Shown here one piece after another: positions 23,777-33,594 of a stretch of 41,756 nt of DNA. Position 1 is the stretch's first letter, and each line of letters opens with the position of its first letter. The stretch is from Octopus bimaculoides (taxonomy: Eukaryota): contig NC_068995.1 in assembly GCF_001194135.2 (NCBI RefSeq), positions 411,920 to 453,675 on the forward strand, in the 5' to 3' direction. Below the pieces are notes generated by a model that was not told the origin of the DNA, made no database searches, and was given only the letters and a program-made list of their open reading frames with translations. The translations under genes were made by a program, and so were the position numbers.

Positions 23777-24345
23777 TCTTACGAGATACTCCTTTTCAGC
23801 AAGGACTGGGCATCCAGAAACAACATGATCAATCGTCTCCGTGAACTTTCCGAAAATTCTGCATGACGTTTCTTGTTGGTAAGCTCTGATCTTACGCTGC
23901 AATAACAAAACCTCCTTTTTCTCCTTTCAGACCTGTCCCATGTAGCCATTGATGTGTTAGGCTTTGATCAACATCTGACTTGGACACGTGGTTAAGGTGT
24001 CTTCCATGCAGGAGTTTGCCTTTCCAGTTGTCTTCGATATTATTCATGCAAGCCTTCTTTGCTTTTTGTTTGATGTTTTTTTTTGCATCAGTGATAGGTT
24101 TGTCATTATTTGGTCTTTCTGATCGTTAATTTCTAAATCAGGAGAAGCAATGGTAGGTCTGTCAGTATTTGATTGTCTTTGGTCATTCTTATTGTTAACT
24201 TGTAGGCCAAGAGACTTTTTCAATTTCTGACTAAGCTTCATGACTGAAGCTTGCTTGGAATCCCCAAGGACCTTACAAGAAATGGCACTGTCTTCACCGT
24301 CTTCATTTTACCTAGTCGATCTCTCTTCTGTCTTTAAGAGGCTTG
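23777..24345 (-). mobile_element. R4/Dong-like RLE-type non-LTR retrotransposon fragment (post-RT region and CCHC zinc knuckle), decayed
   Basis: Minus strand: WKGKLLHGRHLNHVSKSDVDQSLTHQWLHGTGLKGEKGGFVIAA*DQSLPTRN, then after a frameshift CRIFGKFTETIDHVVSGCPVLAEKEYLVR. This matches the R4-clade pattern W..K.LHG...WL...LK.ETEG.IIAAQDQ.L.T...CR.C...ETI.H..SGCP.LA..EY..R. Confidence 0.8.
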
Positions 24346-24445
24346 TGTATATTTATATTTCCGCCTTCGACCGACGTGCGAACGCCAGCTCACCGCCTTG
24401 GAAGGGATTATTATTGAAAATGGAAGTTAGCCGTTTCTTTCTTTT

Positions 24446-24482
<37 letters not shown>

Positions 24483-24519
24483 CCATTCCATTTGTGTGTG
24501 TGTGTGTATGTGTTTACCA

Positions 24520-24672
24520 CAAGCTTCCGCACACATTCAATCACCCAAATTTACTCACATGGTCATGGTCGGCCTGAGGCTGTAGTAGAAGACACTGTAT
24601 GGTTCAAGATGCCACACAGTGGGACTGAACCTAAAATCATATGATTGCAAAACAAGTTTCTTACCATCACCT
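24520..24672 (-). mobile_element. SINE family A, 5' half (diverged)
   Basis: ggtcggcctgaggctgtagtagaagacac...gccacacagtgggactgaacc...ttcttacca. Confidence 0.75.
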
Positions 24673-24694
24673 CTCCCGCCTATCTTTCTGTCTC

Positions 24695-24740
<46 letters not shown>

Positions 24741-25518
24741 TGTGTAGTACTTAGAGTTATTGAGTTGCAGTGGATGTGAAAGGCGATGGCTGTGATTTTC
24801 ATTTCTTTTTTTTTTATAATTTGTATTTTTTTCTTTGTCAATGAGTTGCGTTACGGACGGTAGAGGGCGCTGAATGATAATGCGGACGACAGAATGTATT
24901 TAAAAATAGTGGATCAGTTATTGGTATAAAATAACGTGTGTGTGTGTGTGTGTGTGTACGTGTACGTGTATGCTGTGTGTGTGTGTATTTAAGGCAGAGG
25001 TGGAAGGGGTGGGCGGGTGGATGGTATTACAGTTAAGAGATTACCGTTGTTATTATTATTATTATTATTATTGTTGTTGTTGCTTTGTCTTTGTTATTAA
25101 ACAGGGGTGAGGGTGCAACTTAAATTTTGTTGAAACGTAACGTGATTTACGACAATTAATATTGATAGATCTAAATTATAAAAAAATAACGGACTTAACA
25201 AATATATAAGATATATAAAAATAAAAGTACAAACACACACTCACACACGCACGCATGCACACACAGACACACGATTAAATAAACATGCAAAATTGCGTGT
25301 AGAAATATAAATATATAAATAAATAAAATTAAATTAAATAGCGGACGTGTTTTGGCTGAGGGATGCAGGTAGAATTTGAAACTAGACACCTTTTTTCACC
25401 TACTGTCAGTTTGGGTTGGTCAACTTTGAGAAATTACAGAAACGGCCCCTATCTACTACCCTAAAAAAAAACACGTCCCTTCCTCCTTTCTTCTTCTCTC
25501 TTAGGCGACTGTACTCAA

Positions 25519-25556
25519 TAATAATAATGATAATAATAATAATAATAATAATAACG

Positions 25557-25592
<36 letters not shown>

Positions 25593-25785
25593 TCGGTTTC
25601 AAATTTTGGCATAAGGCCAGAAAGTTCGAGGGAGAGGGGGATAGTCTATTACATCGACCCCAGTGTTTCACTGGTAATTACTTTATCGACCCCGAAAGGA
25701 TGAAAGCAAAGTCGACCTCGGCGGAACTTGAACTTAGACCGTAACGATGGCCGAGATACTGGTAACATTCTGCCAGCCCGCCGCC

Positions 25786-25834
<49 letters not shown>

Positions 25835-26033
25835 TCCTTTCAACTGAAGTTACTCAGCATGAAATTTGGAGGGAGAGAAGTAGTCGATCACATCAACCCT
25901 AGTGCGTAATTGATGCTTACTTTATCGACTTCGATAGGATAGAAAGCAAAGTCAACCTCGTTCGAATTCGAACTCAAAACGCAAACATAGACGAAATACC
26001 GCGAAGCATTTTGCCTGACGTGATACCGGTTTC
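25519..26033 (-). mobile_element. Two head-to-tail SINE family B copies, each with an (ATT)n tail
   Basis: Copy 25519-25786 and copy 25788-26033, both preceded on + by (AAT)n. Head ggcggcgggctggcagaa on the minus strand; B-box-like agttcaagttcc / gagttcgaattc. Confidence 0.85.
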
Positions 26034-26082
26034 TAATAACGTTTCTAATATCGGCCGAAGAAATACTGTCCTGGCCTTCTCA

Positions 26083-26123
<41 letters not shown>

Positions 26124-27228
26124 TTTCTCTTTCTCCACTTGTCACTGTTGTTGTTGATGTTGCTGTTTGTATTGTTGATGCAATTGTTTTTCTTGTTGTT
26201 GTTATTGGTTCTTGTTTATCTGTTTAATCTTTTTAGCCAAGGGGATAAATGTACCCGTAACCGATTCCAGAGCCTCCGGGTTAAACGTGTGAGAGAGAAG
26301 AAAGTATTTTCAGACCTGAATCCTGGCCCTGATGCTGGCAACAGAGTATAATTCGGTTAAGGCACACAAAATACCATGAGGTGGTGTTAAACCGGGCGAC
26401 GAATTAAGTTTGTCATCCGAGTAGGCCATGGCTGGATTTGAACTTAGAATGCAAATAGCCAGAACAAACCGCACAAGTTATTCTATCCGACGTTCGTACT
26501 GTCCCACCATCCACCGATCCTGAACTGCTACTTTATTTATCGACCCTACTGTTGCTTTTATTGGGGTTTCTTGTTTTCCCCCATCGCCACAATCACCAGG
26601 TCAGCTCAGATCCAATAAATTAGATCCAATACAGAATTTAATCATTTAATTGGGATTCTTGGACGCAGGCGCTCCGGATACATCGACCTTTCATCCATGC
26701 AAGGACCACACCATACACTGTGACAAACTGTGATTTATTGTATTGGATGTTACGACAAAATTGTCATGTTTAAGTCTCTCTTCAGCCTGTTTCTTCACCC
26801 CTTTAAGGACTTCCCTAAACCCTATAACAAGAAATAGTTTATTGCACGGGATGTAATCTGACTGTAAGTTCAGACATACGGATCTTGAAATGGAGATAAC
26901 TAGAATGTAGGGAGCGAAACTAGAAAGAATCCTTTTAACAATAAGCAGTGCAGTGGGAGGGACATAATCAAAAGAGCAAATGTATAATAATAAGAATTTC
27001 TTTTATTGGCTCCACAGGGTCAAGGCTTTTGGGGACAACACAAAGACTGACATTGGAAAGCAGCGGACATTAAGAGCGAGTAAAACGAAGAGAGAAATCA
27101 ATAAGACGAAGTCAACTGGTGAACGTTCACGAATAAGATCGATAAACCCATCAGAAATTCCGGACATATCGAGGACGATAACATGGAGTTCTTACTTTGC
27201 CACAAAGACAACAACAACAACAACAACT

Positions 27229-27229
27229 G

Positions 27230-27269
<40 letters not shown>

Positions 27270-27492
27270 TAATAATAACAATAATAATAACAGGCATAAG
27301 GTGAGCAGTTTCGAGGGAGGGGGTAAGTTGATTGACCGACCCCAGTAATTAACTGGTACAACTTATTTTATCGATCTCGAAGGGATGAAAGGGAAAGTCG
27401 ATCCCGGTGGCATTTGAACTCAGGAAGTAAAGTCGGAAGAAAAGCCGCTAAGCAATTTTCTCAGCGCGATAAGGATTCTACCAGCTCACTGC
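27229..27492 (-). mobile_element. SINE family B with (ATT)n tail
   Basis: (AAT)n + ggcataagg...gaccccagt..actggtac.ttattttatcgat..cgaagggatgaaagg.aaagtcga...tttgaactcag...ggattctaccagctcac. Confidence 0.85.
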
Positions 27493-27497
27493 TTTTA

Positions 27498-27557
<60 letters not shown>
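27498..27557. repeat. (GTA)n microsatellite
   Basis: About 20 perfect units read directly. Confidence 0.95.
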
Positions 27558-27558
<1 letters not shown>

Positions 27559-28121
27559 CTAAATATAATCTGGAGGAATGCTGTTTTTTTTTTCTCTCTT
27601 TTTCTCTTAACTTCCATTATTTTCGCTTCATTTAATTCCATGTGATAAAAAAAAGGAAAAAGGGGTCGAAATAAGTAAATAAATGTCCATCAAATATAGA
27701 CAAGGGCAGATCGGGATGTCTAAGGGTCGTCTGCCGTGAAACAACATCATCTCACCACAAACCCGTTTAAAAAGAGAAAAATAAGAAAAAAGTAAAATAG
27801 AAACCAAAAACTAATAATGAATAAAAACGGAAAAACAAAAAACCAAGAATTATAAAAAGAACAAGAGAAACACCAGAAAGACCGCCATAGTCTATAAATT
27901 GAATTTAAACACGTGTCAATGCACGTGACCAGGCCTGCGCACAGTTCCACCCATGCACAAAATAGTACGTCTGCAGACGTGAGCCATTTTCACTTAAAAC
28001 CACTGGCTAACAAGTGCTAACACCGACCAAATACACGCCCACACACGCACGCGTCTCCCCAGCAAACACCCGGATACCTACCCGTTTTCTCTCTCTCTTT
28101 CTCTGTCTGTCTATCTCTCTC

Positions 28122-28213
<92 letters not shown>

Positions 28214-29078
28214 GCACACATGAGGAGTTGAGAAATTCAATGAAAACGCACTTACACGTTTTATATAATGAAATTATAATTATTATAATTATTATAATTA
28301 TATTATACACACAACTACACACGCACACACTATTGCAGAGAATGACAAACAAACACACTTTCAATTAAATAGTTTGTCATTGTGTACAAATACCTTCATT
28401 AGCTTTGTAATTTAATCTCTGTGTGTCTGTATTGCAGTTTAATTAGCTGACGATCAACCGAGCCAAATCTGTGTTCCTGAATGACAGGGACATAAGTCAT
28501 TAACCATCAAGAATTAATCTTACGAACTCCAGTATTTAACTGGTACTTTTTATTTTTTCCAAATGTACAACCGATATTATTAATGTATTATGTTATTAAT
28601 TTCAATCTTTGAACCACAGCCATGCTGGAGCACCGCCTTCAAGAGTCTAGTCGTTTATAGCTTAAATACTAATTGTATCTACTGGAATCTAATTGTGACA
28701 TCGGAAGGATAATTGATAAACTTGTCATGCATAGACATTGAACTCACTTCTTGAAAGAACGAAGCTAATTTTAGTAGACCGTCTATCCAACTCTCCAACC
28801 ATTGTGCCATTCATATGGGCTGTTTTATAATTGTGTCTTATGAATTTAGTTAAAAAGAAGGTGTTTTTGTTTCTTTTCCCAGACTGTAGAAAGTTATGGC
28901 TTTAACACTCTATAAAGCTTACGAGATTGATGGGACATCGCTATAGACACTCAGAGGAGCCCACCTCACAAGTAGGTCATGACAGAATTCGAACACCGGC
29001 CGCACATTTTTTACCCATACCCGACCTGAAAAACTGAAAGTATTCTGTCCGTTGCAAGTTCGTCGCTTATCATCATAT

Positions 29079-29081
<3 letters not shown>

Positions 29082-29144
<63 letters not shown>

Positions 29145-29169
29145 TAGATAGATAAATAGATAGATAGAT
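29082..29169. repeat. (AGAC)n-(AGAT)n compound microsatellite
   Basis: Read directly. Confidence 0.9.
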
Positions 29170-29176
29170 TTTAACA

Positions 29177-29407
29177 ATGAAGGCAAACTAAATGGTGATA
29201 TTTTGAAATCATTTAACTACGTACGTTTCAGGCTTGCGTAATATTTTGTAGGAAGTGCAACCATTACGTAAATGGTCTACCTATATTTTTGAAATGCTTT
29301 AAGTAAGGAACGTTTACGTAATGGATGCATTTCCTGTTGAGTATTAAGCAAACCTGAGACGTACGTATCAAACGATTTCAAAATGCCATTCTTTAGTTGG
29401 ATTTCAT
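29177..29407. repeat. Long imperfect inverted repeat (fold-back, MITE-like)
   Basis: Arms 29200-29272 and 29313-29384 are reverse complements at 60/73 positions by hand alignment; weaker pairing extends to 29177/29407. Confidence 0.85.
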
Positions 29408-29571
29408 CCTTATAACTAAAACGACTCGATGCCAGTCCAAACTCCACTGATGCGGATACTCAAAAAAACGCTTTGGCGTAATTTGTTATATTTGACTCGG
29501 AGCGAAGATTCTGGTGCCGTGCACCGCTTCTTAGCAGAATACGAAATATATATATTCTTGTATTCCTTTAT

Positions 29572-29757
29572 TCTTTGACTGGCTTCAGTTATTCTGACTG
29601 CAGCCATGCTGGAGTACCGCGTTGAAGGAATTTAGTTGAACAGGTCGATCCCAGGACTTATTTAAAAGCCTAGTAACTATTCTATCGGTCCCTTTTGCCG
29701 GCGATGGGGTGACACAGACACAAGGACAAACACACATACACACATACGACGGGCTTA
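29572..29757 (-). mobile_element. SINE family A, 3' half
   Basis: ttcagttattctgactgcagccatgctggagtaccgc...gcctagtaactattctatcggtccc...acacatacgacgggctt. Confidence 0.75.
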
Positions 29758-30249
29758 GTAAGTTAGAAAACTGGAATAGTCCCATTGCAGCTCGCAATCC
29801 GAGCTCGTGGCTATTTATACCGGTAAATCTAACGTGTGGGTCTCGTGAATATATAATCCATGTAAGACAAAGAAATAAAGGCGAAGAAAGAATTTAGAAT
29901 ATCTTTGATTACCAGTTACGATTGTATCGGGACCAATCTGCCTTTAAAGCCACAACACGCAAAAGCGTCATAAGAAAGGTTAGGACACTTTAAGCATTAG
30001 AGAATCACTTCATCAGACTCGAATCGAAAAGTGCGCTCCTACATCGTACGATTACTAAACGTTGGATGTAGCTTAGATATGGACGAAATAACAAGTTATT
30101 GTCTCCTCCATATATAAGCAATAACCAACACATTGAGGTATCATATCCGATCTACTAATACCCACGTTAATCCATTTTCTAATAGTCCCATTAATCCATC
30201 ACAGTGGATCTGAAATTCTTTCTTTTTGTTAATCTCGAAAGAATTAAAA

Positions 30250-30313
30250 GTTCATGGTGATTACTGTGAAACAGGAAAATATATTTTCCTGTTTCACAGT
30301 GGTCACCATGAAC
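30250..30313. repeat. 64-nt near-perfect palindrome
   Basis: GTTCATGGTGA-TT-ACTGTGAAACAGGAAAATATATTTTCCTGTTTCACAGT-GG-TCACCATGAAC: a perfect 38-bp palindrome plus 11-bp outer arms. Confidence 0.95.
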
Positions 30314-30564
30314 CCTAACCCCACCCCAGTACGATGCTCGCCAAAGATCGTCATGATGGCTATTTCAAAAACAACAAGCACAACAACTCAAAAATAACGA
30401 ATGAATATTATTATTATTATTATTATTATTATTAGAAAGTTAAAATGTAAATGGGGACCTTGATGAAGAGAGAGAAAGACACATGAAAATAAAATTTCTA
30501 AAAAATTAACGATAAATAATGAAAACAACGTTATAACGATGATGGTGATGATGAGTATGGTAAC

Positions 30565-30567
30565 AGC

Positions 30568-30627
<60 letters not shown>

Positions 30628-30760
30628 TGTAATAATAATAATAACAATGATAATAATGACAAAAACAACTGTATTCTTAATACAAATAACAGCAAAAACA
30701 ACAATAATACTAATAACTACTAACAGCGTTAATAATAAAACTAATAAAGATGAGGATAAA
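30565..30760. repeat. (AAT)n microsatellite with degenerate flanks
   Basis: Read directly. Confidence 0.9.
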
Positions 30761-31015
30761 AAGGGAACAATTTGGATTCTGTCCGTGTGTGCATATCTCA
30801 GGGTGAGTTGCAGCATGCGGGTGGGTCCTACACCGCCCATGGGTTTCTACCATTTGCAGACTTAAACTCCCAACTTTTTTTTGTCAGTTTCAGATATGTC
30901 TCTCACTACCACCCTGTTCCCACCCTTATATTACTATCAGCTGCTTCATATCCCAAGAGAGCAACCTAATATGGCTGTTTGCGCAGGTGTGTTACATACG
31001 TAAATACACACACGC

Positions 31016-31046
<31 letters not shown>

Positions 31047-31278
31047 CATACATACATACATATATATGTATATATATATATATACATACATATATATATA
31101 TGCGCATATGTGCGTGCATATTTATGCATATATTCGGAAAGGCAATGTTAATGAAAGCAATCATGACGGAGATGCAGGTCATTTAATTAACGTAGTAGTA
31201 GTAGTAGTAGTAGCAGCAGTAGTAGTAGATGTTTGTTAATATGGCATACGTTCTGCATGTATGCAAATATATATGTGT

Positions 31279-31315
<37 letters not shown>

Positions 31316-32229
31316 GCGTGTGCAGTCATATATCTGCCCACTTATATGCGCGTGCGTGTACGTATGACATTGCCGGCATCCGAAATCAAGTACGTAACTT
31401 GGTATACATATATACACAAACACACACACACATTATATATATATATATATATNNNNNNNNNNNNNNNNNNNNNNNNNNNNNNNNNNNNNNNNNNNNNNNN
31501 NNNNNNNNNNNNNNNNNNNNNNNNNNNNNNNNNNNNNNNNNNNNNNNNNNNNNNNNNNNNNNNNNNNNNNNNNNNNNNNNNNNNNNNNNNNNNNNNNNNN
31601 NNNNNNNNNNNNNNNNNNNNNNNNNNNNNNNNNNNNNNNNNNNNNNNNNNNNNNNNNNNNNNNNNNNNNNNNNNNNNNNNNNNNNNNNNNNNNNNNNNNN
31701 NNNNNNNNNNNNNNNNNNNNNNNNNNNNNNNNNNNNNNNNNNNNNNNNNNNNNNNNNNNNNNNNNNNNNNNNNNNNNNNNNNNNNNNNNNNNNNNNNNNN
31801 NNNNNNNNNNNNNNNNNNNNNNNNNNNNNNNNNNNNNNNNNNNNNNNNNNNNNNNNNNNNNNNNNNNNNNNNNNNNNNNNNNNNNNNNNNNNNNNNNNNN
31901 NNNNNNNNNNNNNNNNNNNNNNNNNNNNNNNNNNNNNNNNNNNNNNNNNNNNNNNNNNNNNNNNNNNNNNNNNNNNNNNNNNNNNNNNNNNNNNNNNNNN
32001 NNNNNNNNNNNNNNNNNNNNNNNNNNNNNNNNNNNNNNNNNNNNNNNNNNNNNNNNNNNNNNNNNNNNNNNNNNNNNNNNNNNNNNNNNNNNNNNNNNNN
32101 NNNNNNNNNNNNNNNNNNNNNNNNNNNNNNNNNNNNNNNNNNNNNNGATTGTTTGGAGCACTTGAATACCTTTTCCAAATGTGCAACCACAACTGGTCAT
32201 CAGGGAACGCCTAATTATATATCATAATT

Positions 32230-32631
32230 AGGGTTTCAAATTTTGGCGCAAGGCCAGAAAGTTTAAGGAGAGGGGTGTAAGTCAATTACTTCGAACCCAG
32301 TGCTTAAATTGTACATATTTTATTGATTCCGAAGGGTGATGGACAAAGCCGACCTCGGCGGAATTTGAACTCAGGAAGTAAAGATGGACGGAATGCCACA
32401 AAACATTTTGTTCGGCGTGCTAACGTTTCTGCCAGCTTGGTTCGTATTTTGGCACAAGATCGGCAATTTTAGGCGATGGTTTAGTTACGTGATTGACTGG
32501 TGCTTATTTTATCGATTCAGAAAGGAAGGAAGGCAAATTTGACCTCGACAGGATTTGAAACCGGAATATAAAAACAGAAGATATGCTTCAAAGCATTTTG
32601 TCCGACACGCTAACGCTTGTGCCAGATCGCC
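32230..32631 (-). mobile_element. Two head-to-tail SINE family B copies (32230-32438, 32439-32631)
   Basis: Both show ttttggc.caag...tttt(a)t.gat...gacctcg.c.g.atttgaa...cattttgt.cg...gctaacg.tt.tgccag. Confidence 0.85.
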
Positions 32632-33305
32632 ATTAACACAATACCAACAAGAACAATATTACCATCACCGCCGCCACCATCACCACCACAACGGCCAACA
32701 ATAACAACAACAACCTTTATAAAGATTCGTTTGCTCCCGACTTGAACCTCAAATTGGCTTTTAGTCGAGTCAACAACTTTTACGAATATCGTTTTGTAAA
32801 GAGGAACAGCTGGACATTAGTTTTGTCCATGTTTCAAGCCACCCCCTCCGCCCCCAGCCATAACTTCTATCACCTTTGGTCATCAAATGGCCTGGACATT
32901 AAAAGCCAAAACACTTAGACTTAGCAGTCAAGCTACCTACGACCCCCCTCCACACACACACCTCCCTCCCCGCCACCATTAATCCAGAGCAGACTCTTCA
33001 GCGCGTGCCAGGCGTCTGATGACTTTTTATATTTCTTTTATTATTATTATTATTATTATGAACTTTTACTTTAAAAAGTTTTCATTTAAGACCTCACTTC
33101 CCCCTGTTCTGCACCTCCAACCTCCACACACCGTCTCTCATCTTCCTCCGACCCTTTTGTCATTTGGTTTCCTTCTTTTTCACTCTTAAAATTCCACCCT
33201 TTGTTTCCCATCTACCCGCTCTTCCTTCATTTTCTCTTTCATTTTTTCTCTCGCACTTTCCATCTCTCTCTCTCTCTCTCCTGCCGAATCTGGTCACCAA
33301 CTCTT

Positions 33306-33488
33306 TATCTATCTATCTATCTCTCTATCTATCTATCTCTCTATCTATCTATCTCTCTATCTATCTATCTCTCTATCTATCTATCTATCTCTCTATCTAT
33401 CTATCTATCTCTCTATCTATCTATCTCTCTATCTATCTATCTCTCTATCTATCTATCTCTCTCTCTATCTATCTATCTATCTATCTAT
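33306..33488. repeat. (ATCT)n/(CT)n higher-order microsatellite
   Basis: Units of (ATCT)3-4 followed by CTCT, repeated about 10 times. Confidence 0.9.
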
Positions 33489-33545
33489 CCAGGTACATAT
33501 GTGCATGCACGTATGTGTTTGTGCATGTGTGCGTGCGTGCGTGCG

Positions 33546-33594
<49 letters not shown>

